From a virus (taxonomy: Duplodnaviria > Caudoviricetes): 64,000 nucleotides of DNA. Of the stretch, positions 1-9,542 are shown piece by piece. Below the pieces are notes generated by a model. The model had not been told where the DNA came from. It did no database searches and was given only the letters and a program-made list of their open reading frames with translations. The position numbers were made by a program, and so were the translations under genes. Where the stretch lies: positions 11,027 to 75,026 of the IMG/VR virus record IMGVR_UViG_3300049979_000170. One strand, written 5' to 3'. Positions within the stretch are counted from its first letter, which is position 1, and every line of letters begins with the position of its first letter.

Positions 1-246
1 TTCGATTTCTGATTTCTTTCTTGTCTTCCATAAGTAAAGCCATTGGCACTGATTGGAGCAATACATTTTTCCAGATGACAGATACGCTTTGAATGGCTTG
101 CTGCATTCTAAGCAAGAATAATCTAAGCGACTATTCCTTCGACTTCCTGGCGCATATGCTCCACCTTCAGAGTTATGGACTCTGAGATGCGCATTTACGG
201 CTTGAATTGATTTGAATTCTTTGGAGCAAACTGAACAATTGAACAC
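1..246 (-). CDS. Zinc-finger protein, probably the N-terminal part of an HNH homing endonuclease (runs off the window start)
   Basis: Manual translation from GTG at 246 gives VFNCSVCSKEFKSIQAVNAHLRVH (C2H2 finger), then CLEC...YCSNQC. AT-rich, and the architecture resembles the HNH ORF at 12412. Not in the ORF track because there is no stop in the window. Confidence 0.6.
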   Translation of the reverse strand, partial: MFNCSVCSKEFKSIQAVNAHLRVHNSEGGAYAPGSRRNSRLDYSCLECSKPFKAYLSSGKMYCSNQCQWLYLWKTRKKSEIE

Positions 247-306
247 TGGAATATCTGCAATTAATATGCAGATATTATCTCACTACTGTTTCAATTATTC
301 AATAAA

Positions 307-381
307 TGGTGCGCACGGCTGGGTTCGAACCAGCGGCTTCAACCATGTCAAGATTGCACTCTACCACTGAGTTACGCGCGC
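307..381 (-). tRNA. trnV: tRNA-Val(GAC)
   Basis: Cloverleaf on the minus strand: acceptor GCGCGCG/CGTGCGC, anticodon loop TT-GAC-AT, T-loop TTCGAAC, encoded CCA. Confidence 0.93.
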
Positions 382-387
382 ATTCGT

Positions 388-464
388 TGGTTGGCCTGAC
401 TGGATTCGAACCAGTGACCTCAGTCTTATCAGGACTGCGCTACTACCAACTGAGCTACAGGCCA
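388..464 (-). tRNA. trnI: tRNA-Ile(GAT)
   Basis: Acceptor TGGCCTG/CAGGCCA, anticodon stem CAGTC/GACTG with loop CT-GAT-AA, T-loop TTCGAAT, encoded CCA. Confidence 0.93.
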
Positions 465-518
465 TCACAACGAGATTCTATTTACGCACACTCTCGAATT
501 TCGTGCAACAAAAATCTT

Positions 519-1289
519 TCAGCGATCCACAGAATGCCAGGACACGTACCGGTGGATAGCGGCGAGCCATGCTGGGAACGCAGCGAGGAACGCCACATCC
601 TGATCCAGCGGGGCATCGGACTTGCGTGCGATCACCTGGGGATACTTCTCAAAGTGTCCACCCACGTACAGAACCTCGACCGAACTCCATCCCTGTTCGA
701 CCGCGAGGATCACGTCGGACTTCTGGAGGTCGCCGTTGTGGACAAATCCCTCGATCATTCCCTGGAGGGTTTCCATCGTCCCGGTCACGTCGTCGAGGTG
801 TTCGATTGGCGGGGCCTGACGCTTGCTTGCACCGCCTGGGAGGCCCTTGGTCTCGGCCGGAGCCGTGTACACGTACAGGTGGGTGACCGTGTGGTCGTTG
901 CGGCGCGCTCTGTCTCCGGTCGGCCATGTCCGCTTCGGAGCGGGTGGGCGATCTCCGGCCATCTTCGAGCGCATCCAGTCGCGACCACCCTGGGCCATAT
1001 CGGCGCCTGAGGGGGCGGAATCACCGTTGGTGATCGATCCGGAGAATCCGGCCTTGATCACGTCGTAGGCTGCGTTAACTTCTGCTGCGGCGTTTCCGTC
1101 GCCCCCTGCATCGGGGTGATTCGCCTTGTTCACGGACAGGCGGAACTGCTTTAGGTAGGATGGGTCGCCCATCCGCTCGGCGTCCGCACCATGCGCGGTG
1201 AACACCGCTGCGGCCTGCTGCGGAGTAAGGGCTTCGGCCAGCTTGAGGCGGCCGGACAGTTCAAGCAGACGTAGGAGCGAAAAGGACAT
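519..1289 (-). CDS. J-domain (DnaJ-like) protein, late expressed
   Basis: KANHPDAGGDGNAAAEVNAAYDVIK contains the HPD motif and helix IV of a J-domain; TAAATA late promoter at 1294-1299. Confidence 0.7.
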   Translation of the reverse strand: MSFSLLRLLELSGRLKLAEALTPQQAAAVFTAHGADAERMGDPSYLKQFRLSVNKANHPDAGGDGNAAAEVNAAYDVIKAGFSGSITNGDSAPSGADMAQGGRDWMRSKMAGDRPPAPKRTWPTGDRARRNDHTVTHLYVYTAPAETKGLPGGASKRQAPPIEHLDDVTGTMETLQGMIEGFVHNGDLQKSDVILAVEQGWSSVEVLYVGGHFEKYPQVIARKSDAPLDQDVAFLAAFPAWLAAIHRYVSWHSVDR

Positions 1290-1388
1290 GCGTTATTTAT
1301 GTTTTTGGTTCCATGATTCGTGAGACGAAATTCGTTTGACCTTCTCACGGAACATGGCACGATCGATGGTCATTTAAAGGTAGAACCC

Positions 1389-2357
1389 ATGATCCCCGCC
1401 GTCGTCTACACGTCCGACAACGCGTGCCACCAGCATGTTCGAAGGCTGATCGAGGAGCATGCGGGGGATTACACCAACCCGATGCAGCACCTGATCAAGA
1501 TGGTGAGGCCGCTGATCCGTCAGTATGCGAGCCGCAAGAAGGCGAGGCGGGGTGAGGTGTTCCCGGCGATGCGGGAGCTACACGAGAAGCTTCAGGCGTC
1601 GCCCAGCGTGATTCACGCGGATTTTCACACTCACATGCAGAGCCGCCTCAGCGCGAACGAGTCGTTCGAAATTGGATTCCTTCAGACGGCCAGACCAGAA
1701 CATAGGCTTGCCCTGGAAGTGATGTATGGGCGGATCAAGACCAGTCGCACCGCCATGAGCATGGCGACGGGATCAACCAAATTTATTGTGACCGAGCATG
1801 TTTTGAATCGCTACATGCGTCGTGAGCGAAAGCCGCCCTCGGAGTTCTTCGCGCAGCTACAGCCTGCCCTTCACATGGCGTATACGATGGGCCTTGGCGC
1901 GTTGAGCAAGGATCGGAACGAGATCATCCTACCTCATGGGGATGGTCTTCTTCTTGGGTATGCCTATTGGTCGAAGGCTGAACAGGGAGAAGAAATTACC
2001 GAGGTGCTGTTTTCAGTAGATAACGCCGAGCTTCGTGGGGCCAAGTGCGTGAAGCGCCAAGGACCAATCAGCAAATGTGTGCCACAGTTTGAAATCAGCA
2101 CATATTTGAGTTCTGACGATCTTCTTGCGGCCAAAGAAGCGGTTCGAGACATGTTAAAAAAATACTACGCTGAATATCAGATGACCTTACAAGAGGCTTT
2201 TGACGGAATTCTGTTGCAACGTGGTGCTCATGCGAGTTCTGAGGAGTTGATCGCCTGTATCCGCGCGGGAAAAGCTTTGCTTGATACTCCACAGTGGGAC
2301 CGCTACCTGAACCTGCGTGAGCGAAATTCATGGTCTGAGTATGCGGAGAGCGCTTGA
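1389..2357 (+). CDS. hypothetical protein
   Basis: Long ORF with phage-like codon usage; ATG at 1389 (track start 1320). Confidence 0.6.
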   Translation: MIPAVVYTSDNACHQHVRRLIEEHAGDYTNPMQHLIKMVRPLIRQYASRKKARRGEVFPAMRELHEKLQASPSVIHADFHTHMQSRLSANESFEIGFLQTARPEHRLALEVMYGRIKTSRTAMSMATGSTKFIVTEHVLNRYMRRERKPPSEFFAQLQPALHMAYTMGLGALSKDRNEIILPHGDGLLLGYAYWSKAEQGEEITEVLFSVDNAELRGAKCVKRQGPISKCVPQFEISTYLSSDDLLAAKEAVRDMLKKYYAEYQMTLQEAFDGILLQRGAHASSEELIACIRAGKALLDTPQWDRYLNLRERNSWSEYAESA

Positions 2358-2407
2358 CGTTCTCACGAATAGGTGTATGGTGGGTCCATCAGTTAAGGGG
2401 ACCCGCC

Positions 2408-2734
2408 ATGCAGCTTCGCCTCGAACAGTACAACGACAACACCACTAGCATTCGTGAGGCGATTGCCTCGCTGATCGGTTGCCGGGACAACGAGGTGGCC
2501 AACGAGGCGCAAATCCTGCGCCGGGTTCTGCACACGCATCGCAACGACACGTTGCTGCGTCGGAAGCCGGAGGCGATCGAGCGCCGCGCCGCCATGGTGG
2601 CCCGTGCGGAAGAGGCCCTGAGCGCTCGGACGATTGCGGCGGCGAACGCCCTCGTCAACGCGACGCAGAAACATTTTCAGGCGGTCGGTGATGCGTCGGC
2701 CAAGTCTCTCCTCGAAATGATGAAGAGGGCCTAA
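2408..2734 (+). CDS. hypothetical protein
   Basis: ATG with AAGGGG RBS; helical protein in an operon. Confidence 0.6.
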   Translation: MQLRLEQYNDNTTSIREAIASLIGCRDNEVANEAQILRRVLHTHRNDTLLRRKPEAIERRAAMVARAEEALSARTIAAANALVNATQKHFQAVGDASAKSLLEMMKRA

Positions 2735-2737
2735 GCG

Positions 2738-2893
2738 ATGCGCTGCGTGATCGCGTACAAATGGTCCGAGACCGACCGGGGTATCTGCTCGGTCGAGTTC
2801 GCTGTCACCTCGGAGACCGACGTGCATATCGAGGCGGAGCGGACGCGCCTGATCGAAAAAGGCATGCACATCGTCCACGTTCGATTTTGGTGA
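2738..2893 (+). CDS. small hypothetical protein (51 aa)
   Basis: MRCVIAYKWSETDRG...; fills the gap between co-oriented ORFs. Confidence 0.45.
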   Translation: MRCVIAYKWSETDRGICSVEFAVTSETDVHIEAERTRLIEKGMHIVHVRFW

Positions 2894-2897
2894 CCTG

Positions 2898-3281
2898 ATG
2901 AAACCGCAACCCGTCTCGGTCGAGCAATTCCACGCCCTCCTGAAGGGTGAGACCACCGTGGAAGATATCCGCCAAAAGCGGATCGAGCGGCAGCAGCGGC
3001 GTGCGGCGGCCAAGCTCCAGCAGGCGTTCGAGGAATTCTACCGACATCGCTCGACCCCGTACTTGCTCAACGCGCTTCGGCGGAATCGTCTCGAACGGAT
3101 GCGCGACATGGAATGGGAAAGTCTTTCCCTGACCGCGAAACAGGAGTCCGATGCGCGATGGTGGGCGGTGAAGAAGATTCTCGCGACCCGCCCGCATCAT
3201 CTGAAAAAGCCTGAGCGTCTGGCGCTACGGCGAGCGAATGCGCTGGCCAATCGCGGCTTGGGGAAGGCCAAGAACCGATGA
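2898..3281 (+). CDS. hypothetical protein
   Basis: ORF overlapping the next gene by ATGA. Confidence 0.6.
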   Translation: MKPQPVSVEQFHALLKGETTVEDIRQKRIERQQRRAAAKLQQAFEEFYRHRSTPYLLNALRRNRLERMRDMEWESLSLTAKQESDARWWAVKKILATRPHHLKKPERLALRRANALANRGLGKAKNR

Positions 3282-3580
3282 GCGGGGCGGAGCGAATCTT
3301 CCCCGATCAATTCACTGAGCTTTTCCCAGGGTTTGATGTGAATCGACAGAACATCGAGGCGACCAGTTGGTCCGTCCTGCATGTGCGGGGCAAGCTTCTG
3401 GACGAGGCGTTCGACAGTCGGTCTCTGACTAGGGGGTTTGACGCCTGGGTGAGCGAACACTGTACGGGGCGATACTTCGTCTCGTATTGGCTCCCTGATC
3501 TGAACAACGATCAGGCCACCCTAGTGGTGTGCTTCGAAGACGCAACCTCGGCGATGAACGTGCGCATGCGTTGGACCTGA
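3278..3580 (+). CDS. RW-motif family small protein (divergent)
   Basis: Ends CFEDATSAMNVRMRWT. Confidence 0.7.
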   Translation: MSGAERIFPDQFTELFPGFDVNRQNIEATSWSVLHVRGKLLDEAFDSRSLTRGFDAWVSEHCTGRYFVSYWLPDLNNDQATLVVCFEDATSAMNVRMRWT

Positions 3581-3678
3581 ATACAACAATGGAGAGTTCC
3601 AATGGTAGAAATCAAGAACCGCTCCACTCTGGTCAAGATTGAGGATCACCCGACAACCCTGGGCGGCGGGCTCCTCGT

Positions 3679-4002
3679 ATGACCGCTCAGGCTCTGACGA
3701 AACAGCAGATGAAGCAGCAGAAGAGGAGACGAGGCCGCCCTATGGTGCGCGCGGTGATCCCATCGGACCCGATCGAGCGTCAGTCAACCGCATACATGTG
3801 CCAACTCGCCAAAATTCCGGCGGGGCAGGATTTTGTGGCATCGATGCGTTTTGCCCTGAAACAGCGCAGGCTCGAATTGCTCCAGCAGATCGAGCAAATC
3901 GATGAGGCGGACGCGGTGCTCCAGAAGAACCTGTTTTGGATGATCCGTGCCCGTGCTCGATCGAAACAAGTGCGCGAGAAGATCATGAGGGCACGGCCAT
4001 GA
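3679..4002 (+). CDS. hypothetical protein
   Basis: Basic, helical ORF with ATGA overlap to the next gene. Confidence 0.55.
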   Translation: MTAQALTKQQMKQQKRRRGRPMVRAVIPSDPIERQSTAYMCQLAKIPAGQDFVASMRFALKQRRLELLQQIEQIDEADAVLQKNLFWMIRARARSKQVREKIMRARP

Positions 4003-4340
4003 GAATCGCCCGTACAGCCCCGGATAGAGAAATTCTGGCCACGCGTCGCTGGGTATGGCTCAACGGCGCCCTGAGCCACGTGGTGAGGCTGGAGAGGCCA
4101 TCCAAGGACACCTACGAGCCGGACTTCGCCGCGCCCCGCTCCAATTGGTGCCGTGAGGAGTTCGGTGAGTCCTGCCTATCCTCGGAGTACGCGTTCGACC
4201 ACGTCGCTCTGAAGACCTCTCGGATGAACACCGAGGGAGTCTGGGCGTACGTCGAAGGGGTGTGGCGGTTCAAACACGCGACTGCCGCGTTCGTGTTCAA
4301 GATGCGCTGGTGGGGCGACAACCAACTGGATCGGTCCTGA
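3999..4340 (+). CDS. RW-motif family small protein
   Basis: WCREEFG internal motif; ends WRFKHATAAFVFKMRWWGDNQLDRS. Confidence 0.75.
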   Translation: MRIARTAPDREILATRRWVWLNGALSHVVRLERPSKDTYEPDFAAPRSNWCREEFGESCLSSEYAFDHVALKTSRMNTEGVWAYVEGVWRFKHATAAFVFKMRWWGDNQLDRS

Positions 4341-4594
4341 TGGGGTATTCGGTCCAGTTTCCTCCGGCGATCTGTTTCGATCACTCCGTTCGGTGGCGGA
4401 AACGCCCAAAGTTCGTGGACGATCTCGCCCGCCGGGATGCGAAGCTTTGGTGCACCGAACGATTCGGTCCGGAACTATCCAAGGAAGAAGTTCGGCAGGG
4501 CGCGCTCGTTACCGCGATATGGCGGGCGACGTGGCAGGGCTTCCATTTTCTCCGCCCCGAACACGCTTTCGAATTCAAAATGGTCTGGGGCTGA
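4340..4594 (+). CDS. RW-motif family small protein
   Basis: WCTERFG; ends FHFLRPEHAFEFKMVWG; TGATG overlaps on both sides. Confidence 0.75.
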   Translation: MGYSVQFPPAICFDHSVRWRKRPKFVDDLARRDAKLWCTERFGPELSKEEVRQGALVTAIWRATWQGFHFLRPEHAFEFKMVWG

Positions 4595-4824
4595 TGGCGA
4601 TCGATCTGAATCGAAATCCTACGATGCGAAGGATCGACAATCCGCATGTCGTTGTGATTCTCCATGCGATATCAAACACGGAAATCAGAGATATGCGCGA
4701 ATGGTGCACTGAGTCGAAAAATGCCGGTTTCTTTCTGTACTACTTCGACAAATCTCGTCAAGGCATGGTGTTTGTGTTCAGCCATGAGAACGTCGCGTTC
4801 GAATTCAAGATGAGGTGGGGTTGA
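4594..4824 (+). CDS. RW-motif family small protein
   Basis: Ends FVFSHENVAFEFKMRWG. Confidence 0.75.
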   Translation: MAIDLNRNPTMRRIDNPHVVVILHAISNTEIRDMREWCTESKNAGFFLYYFDKSRQGMVFVFSHENVAFEFKMRWG

Positions 4825-5042
4825 TGGCTACGCAATCGAGTGAACTCACCCTGAAGCTCGACCTCGGTCGGGACGCCTATCCGTTGGTCATCCGCAACGC
4901 TCTGGATTGGCTCGATGCCTTGCACTGGATTCTTGATTCGTCACGCCCAGGTCGATTCTCGTATGAACGCCACGTTGCCGGATGGACTTTCTACGTGACT
5001 GACCCCGATACAGCGGTTGAGTTCCGCATGCGGTGGTGCTGA
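4824..5042 (+). CDS. RW-motif family small protein
   Basis: Ends FYVTDPDTAVEFRMRWC. Confidence 0.75.
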   Translation: MATQSSELTLKLDLGRDAYPLVIRNALDWLDALHWILDSSRPGRFSYERHVAGWTFYVTDPDTAVEFRMRWC

Positions 5043-5120
5043 TTAAAGACTCTCGCTTGGAGTAAGACTTCCCGATCCATTAGGTATCCCACGTAGAACC
5101 TTTATTGCATAAATAAGGCC

Positions 5121-6011
5121 ATGTCAGACATGCGCCATATCATCAACATCTTGAATGAGAGCCAAGTGCTCGACGAGATGCCGATCGCTCACCACCAGAC
5201 CGTGGGCAACTTCGACAAGAATTCGTCCTTCCGTCACCCGGAGGATCGCAAGATTGTCACCTCGCCCAAAGCCGTGGCCAAGCTTCACAAGAAGTTCGCC
5301 AATAACGAGTTCGACTTCGGCATGTTCTTCGTGAACTCGCCGGAAGCGAACCGCCACACTGAGGTCGGCCGGGTCGATGCCGCCTGGATGGAGCAGAACA
5401 TGCCCAAGGCATGGACAGAGATCGCTCCGAACGTGAACCCGAATTCGATCAACATCGTCTTCACCAACAATAAGGGCTCAGAGCGCTACCCGATGACCCC
5501 CTGGATCATCGCGCATCGCCTTGGCCACGTGTTCTACGCGGCAGGCCGCCGATCGCCTGGGGCGGTCCTCTGGGCTGAAGCGGAGAAGACCGCGAACGAA
5601 TACACGGAATCCCTGCTGAAGCTGTTTGGCGTGACTTCGCCCCGTTCGCGTGGATACGGTGGCGGATACGGCGGATATGGTCGCGACGACTACAAGCAGA
5701 CCCAGGCGTACGATCAGTACAAGCGCCGCCTCTATCACGGCATCGGCACGATGAAGTCGGCCCGCGACAACAACCTGCGCAACCCACACGAATTCCTGCA
5801 CGAGATGCTTGCGCAGTACCTGACCACGGGCTCGATCAAGTTCCAGCCGATCAACCAGATCATCGACGGATACGCCTGGGGCAAGCCGCAGTACCGTGGC
5901 ACGCGCGATGCCGAGGAAGTCGCCCATCTGCTTCAGTCGTTCGAGAACGACATGAACTACCACATCGAGAACATCCTGCATCAGGCTGTTGGCTCGCTGT
6001 TCGTGATGTGA
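5121..6011 (+). CDS. late hypothetical protein, candidate virion/internal protein
   Basis: TAAATA at 5110-5115; N-terminus MSDMRHIINILNES. Confidence 0.7.
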   Translation: MSDMRHIINILNESQVLDEMPIAHHQTVGNFDKNSSFRHPEDRKIVTSPKAVAKLHKKFANNEFDFGMFFVNSPEANRHTEVGRVDAAWMEQNMPKAWTEIAPNVNPNSINIVFTNNKGSERYPMTPWIIAHRLGHVFYAAGRRSPGAVLWAEAEKTANEYTESLLKLFGVTSPRSRGYGGGYGGYGRDDYKQTQAYDQYKRRLYHGIGTMKSARDNNLRNPHEFLHEMLAQYLTTGSIKFQPINQIIDGYAWGKPQYRGTRDAEEVAHLLQSFENDMNYHIENILHQAVGSLFVM

Positions 6012-6442
6012 TGCGGTACCGCGAGCTTCTAGAAGGTCGAATCTTCCCCCTCGGCAAATCCGAGGAACAACTCATAGAGATGTTCATGGAAGGCCAGTGC
6101 TGGTCCCTGGCCATCGCTCACCACCGCCGCTACGGCTGGCCAATCTTCGTCCTGGGCGGGTACGAGGACGAGAACGAGCGGGACAATTGGGAGACTATCA
6201 CGTTCTACCACGTGATGATTCGCCATCCCTCGGGTCCTGCGCTCGATATCAAAGGACCGCAGGACGTATCTGAGTTGATGCAAGAATGGCCCGACGCGGA
6301 ATTCCTCCCCCTGACGGAGAATCAGTTGGTCAAGCTGTTCCGGAACCCCGAGATGGCACCTAAACCGGCAGAGATCGACTTCGCCGGAAAGGTGATCGAC
6401 TACTACATGAAGAAGAAGTACCCATCCTTATACCAGGGATAG
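6011..6442 (+). CDS. late hypothetical protein
   Basis: TGATG-coupled to the previous gene; N-terminus MRYRELLE; GQCWSLA...HVMI motif. Confidence 0.65.
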   Translation: MRYRELLEGRIFPLGKSEEQLIEMFMEGQCWSLAIAHHRRYGWPIFVLGGYEDENERDNWETITFYHVMIRHPSGPALDIKGPQDVSELMQEWPDAEFLPLTENQLVKLFRNPEMAPKPAEIDFAGKVIDYYMKKKYPSLYQG

Positions 6443-6946
6443 GGCACCACGAAGCTCGGTGGCCTGCGCCTCGACCATCTTGAGCAGGTCTTCCATGAAG
6501 GCGCGATCATGCAGACGAGGCCCACCGTGGTCGGTACCAACGTACTTGATCTCGCCATCGTGGCGGATCACCGCGTACTCGTTGTCCATCTCCCAGCCCA
6601 CGTGGGCGACCGAAATGATCTTGATCAGTTCGAATTCCGAATTTCTATTCAGAACGCGGCGAATCAGTTTCAGCATACGCTCGTTCGCAATATCTTTCTG
6701 CTCGCGATCGATGAACGCGTCGCGATGCTCGTAGTAGGCGTCATGGAACTCCTGCCCCATCACGTGGCAGAAGTCGTCTCCGACAGGCACGGCGTCGTAG
6801 AACGCCTGGGCGAACTCGATGCACGCGGTATAGTCGGTGAACTCGGTCGGACTGAATGACCGGAGCGGACGCCCCAGCACGAGAAAGTCACCGAGGGCGA
6901 CGCCATTGATCTGATGTTCCAGGCCGTAGACGGTGTTGTCGGGCAT
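6428..6946 (-). CDS. early hypothetical protein
   Basis: ATG at 6946 with CAGGAG RBS; promoter at 6972-6999. Confidence 0.65.
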   Translation of the reverse strand: MPDNTVYGLEHQINGVALGDFLVLGRPLRSFSPTEFTDYTACIEFAQAFYDAVPVGDDFCHVMGQEFHDAYYEHRDAFIDREQKDIANERMLKLIRRVLNRNSEFELIKIISVAHVGWEMDNEYAVIRHDGEIKYVGTDHGGPRLHDRAFMEDLLKMVEAQATELRGALSLV

Positions 6947-6971
6947 CGGAATGTCTCCTGATAATTTCACT

Positions 6972-6999
6972 AATATACACCGATACGGTACAACGTCAA
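6972..6999 (-). promoter_or_regulatory. sigma70-like early promoter TTGACG-N16-TATATT
   Basis: Direct sequence match upstream of an RBS and ATG. Confidence 0.65.
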
Positions 7000-7005
7000 C
7001 ACGGT

Positions 7006-7233
7006 TCAACCGAATGCGAGCTTGAACGCCACGGTGATGTCAGGATCGGAAAACTTGAAGGTCAGGAATTGCTCGCAATCCGAGACCCGCGTGTGCCAGT
7101 ATGCTCGGGTGTCCGGATGCTGATCGAGCCATAGACTGATCTGACGCTCCTGTCCCAAAGCTTTCTTCATCGTAATGGTGAATTCGGCCCAAGGAAAATC
7201 CACTTCCTTCGGCATACAATTGGCATGGTCCAT
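7006..7233 (-). CDS. RW-motif family small protein (divergent)
   Basis: Ends FKFSDPDITVAFKLAFG. Confidence 0.7.
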   Translation of the reverse strand: MDHANCMPKEVDFPWAEFTITMKKALGQERQISLWLDQHPDTRAYWHTRVSDCEQFLTFKFSDPDITVAFKLAFG

Positions 7234-7248
7234 AAAATATAGCCCGAA

Positions 7249-7650
7249 TCAACCCCAGCGCATCTTAAATTCAAATGCGTCGTCTGGTCTGGTAAAAAAC
7301 CCGTGGACCCTCTGATAACCGTACTGACTGTCTTCGTCCATTATGTAAACCGGAACTATGACGAACCGACCGAGCCGCCCGGTCCCGATCTGGATCATCG
7401 GACCCTTGCTGATCCAATTCGTACCAACCGAGAACCCGTCATCCCCAAATCGCTCCAGGCACCAGTCTCGAACCGCCAGAACAAGAACCTCGTCACGATC
7501 CGCCGCGATGACTTGATAGCAGTATTTGTCCGTGATCAGATTGAGATGGGTGATCTGATCCTCGTATGCGAGTCGCCGCAGATTCCCAAATTGCGCAACG
7601 ACGGCGTCACGAATCTTGCGGTTCGAGCGCCGCCGCTTGGCTGGATTCAT
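7249..7650 (-). CDS. RW-motif family protein
   Basis: WCLERFG; ends FFTRPDDAFEFKMRWG. Confidence 0.75.
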   Translation of the reverse strand: MNPAKRRRSNRKIRDAVVAQFGNLRRLAYEDQITHLNLITDKYCYQVIAADRDEVLVLAVRDWCLERFGDDGFSVGTNWISKGPMIQIGTGRLGRFVIVPVYIMDEDSQYGYQRVHGFFTRPDDAFEFKMRWG

Positions 7651-8072
7651 GGGCCGGGTGGCTTTACTTTGCTGAACTGGCCGAACGTGGCAACCTTCAC
7701 GTTCGGACCCGTCATCACCCTGTTGATGACCAAGGCGTCTTCGGAGTCGCCCATCATTTCCTTCGGATCAGGCTCCGGCTCCTTCACCGGAACCCCGTCA
7801 ATGAACTTCCTGTAGATTCGGGAGGTCTGATAGTACGACGGCACAGGAGTCATCGCAGCACGAGCGCGCTGCATCATGAGGATCATCTCGTCCATCATCT
7901 CGATGTCGTTCACCGGGATTTGTACGGCCTGCCTCACTCCGTAGTGGGAAAGCTCATGCACCAGATGATACGAGGCATCCTGCCCGTACGAATCCCGGAC
8001 GATCTCGAACGTCATCCCACCGTTGCCGGTGCTGAAGTGCGTGGATTCGAGCGTTTCGGTCTTCTTGCTCAT
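7647..8072 (-). CDS. hypothetical protein
   Basis: MSKKTETL start with ATGA overlaps. Confidence 0.6.
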   Translation of the reverse strand: MSKKTETLESTHFSTGNGGMTFEIVRDSYGQDASYHLVHELSHYGVRQAVQIPVNDIEMMDEMILMMQRARAAMTPVPSYYQTSRIYRKFIDGVPVKEPEPDPKEMMGDSEDALVINRVMTGPNVKVATFGQFSKVKPPGP

Positions 8073-8251
8073 GGGAATTTCCGTTCGGTGAACAACTTCT
8101 TCAGGTTGACCGGAAGAGATTCGTACTGTGCCTGACTGATCATCCCCGGACCAGGGAACGGAAGCGTCTGAAGGATCAGGAGCAAATCGAAAAGCTCGTC
8201 CGGCGTGGGGGCGGCCACATTGGTCGCACGAATGTATGTCGAGGGGAGCAT
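8069..8251 (-). CDS. small hypothetical protein
   Basis: Fills the operon gap; start uncertain. Confidence 0.4.
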   Translation of the reverse strand: MLPSTYIRATNVAAPTPDELFDLLLILQTLPFPGPGMISQAQYESLPVNLKKLFTERKFP

Positions 8252-8259
8252 ATCTGACC

Positions 8260-8499
8260 TTATGACCAACGCATGCGGAATTCAAAAGCGGCAGTCTCGT
8301 CATAGATGACGAATAGAGCGGTCGCAACAACCGGACGACGGCTGGGTGAGCCAAACCACGAGGGTGTGGTTTTCATCCACGTGTCGCTGGGCATCGACCC
8401 GTATCGCTCCTCACAGTACGCCGTGGCCTCATCGATCTGATCCTGCTCTTGGATGACGAACTCAGCCTCCCCATCCCACACCTCAAATTTCTCAGACAT
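8260..8499 (-). CDS. RW-motif family small protein
   Basis: YCEERYG; ends FVIYDETAAFEFRMRWS. Confidence 0.75.
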   Translation of the reverse strand: MSEKFEVWDGEAEFVIQEQDQIDEATAYCEERYGSMPSDTWMKTTPSWFGSPSRRPVVATALFVIYDETAAFEFRMRWS

Positions 8500-8550
8500 T
8501 GACTTCCTCCCAAATTGACGTATTTTCTATCATACAGGAGAGGGCAATCA

Positions 8551-8697
8551 ATGCGCAATTTTATCACGCGGGAAGCCGCAGCGATGCACGAACGTCTTCA
8601 GATGGCGAAAGCGCTTGGGATCGACGTGAGCCGGATCAAGAAGGTCCACGTCAGCGGTAAGACCCGGCTCGGGGTGATCGATGGATGTAAGCGTTGA
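8551..8697 (+). CDS. small hypothetical protein
   Basis: AGGAGAGG RBS then ATG; TTGA overlap with the next gene. Confidence 0.55.
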   Translation: MRNFITREAAAMHERLQMAKALGIDVSRIKKVHVSGKTRLGVIDGCKR

Positions 8698-8939
8698 TCA
8701 GCTTCGAATACCTCTTCCTGCCGGAGGACGACGAAGGGTTCTTGCACGAATTCAGTCTTCGTGGACCACTGTTCGAGGCCGATGACGCCGAGGTAGAAGC
8801 TGCGGATGCGTGGTGTCACGAGCATTTCGGCCCACCGGGGTTCGGCGAAGAATGCCGCTGGGTCGCGAACAGTACGCTGAACGCGTACTGGTTTCGCAAC
8901 GAGTTGGATGCGTTTACGTTTCGAATCAGGTGGGGATGA
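8694..8939 (+). CDS. RW-motif family small protein
   Basis: WCHEHFG; ends YWFRNELDAFTFRIRWG. Confidence 0.75.
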   Translation: MISFEYLFLPEDDEGFLHEFSLRGPLFEADDAEVEAADAWCHEHFGPPGFGEECRWVANSTLNAYWFRNELDAFTFRIRWG

Positions 8940-9178
8940 ACATGGCAAAGGACGCGAACAGAGGATCACACGGGCACATAACTCTAGTGCCCTTGGCTTA
9001 CCCCGCTGAGGTGCGCCGAGACATCTCGAACGCCGAGATCGGACGGATGCTCGAATGGGCCAAAGACCCGGAGATTCCCGGCCTCTTCCGTCACCGCTAC
9101 GATCATCAAAAGAAGGCGATGGTCGTCTCGTTCACGGACGAGAATGCCGCGTTCCAGTTCAAGGTCCGGTGGGGATGA
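8936..9178 (+). CDS. RW-motif family small protein
   Basis: Ends SFTDENAAFQFKVRWG; ATGA overlaps. Confidence 0.75.
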   Translation: MNMAKDANRGSHGHITLVPLAYPAEVRRDISNAEIGRMLEWAKDPEIPGLFRHRYDHQKKAMVVSFTDENAAFQFKVRWG

Positions 9179-9354
9179 ACGCACAACTCGACACCCTCCT
9201 CGACGCGCTCGATCGGGCCATCCAAACGCGGGAAGCAGCCGAAACCACTGGATGGACCAATCGCTCGCCCGAGGAAGCCCGCAAGATGGTTGCGGATGCC
9301 CGCCACGCCATCCATGACTTCGTCGCGGCACTCGCCACAGGGAAGCTACCATGA
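9175..9354 (+). CDS. small helical hypothetical protein
   Basis: ATGA-coupled ORF. Confidence 0.5.
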   Translation: MNAQLDTLLDALDRAIQTREAAETTGWTNRSPEEARKMVADARHAIHDFVAALATGKLP

Positions 9355-9542
9355 CCCCGGAAGAGAAGCGGGCTCGCTACGTCGAAGAGTTGATCTTCGG
9401 TCTCAAGACGGCCCTGGAATGCGCCGAGATCGTCCAGAAAGACCCGAGCAATCGAACCGCCCTTCGAACGCTCGACCGACACATCAAGATGTCAGCCGCG
9501 ATACATCAGGACATCGTCAAAACGGCCGAGGCGGATCGATGA
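9351..9542 (+). CDS. small helical hypothetical protein
   Basis: ATGA-coupled ORF. Confidence 0.5.
   Translation: MTPEEKRARYVEELIFGLKTALECAEIVQKDPSNRTALRTLDRHIKMSAAIHQDIVKTAEADR

Noticed and set aside
306-1010. 234-aa plus-strand ORF from the track
   Set aside because: It is the antisense reading of tRNA-Val, tRNA-Ile and the J-domain gene (MVRTAGFEPA is a typical tRNA shadow translation).
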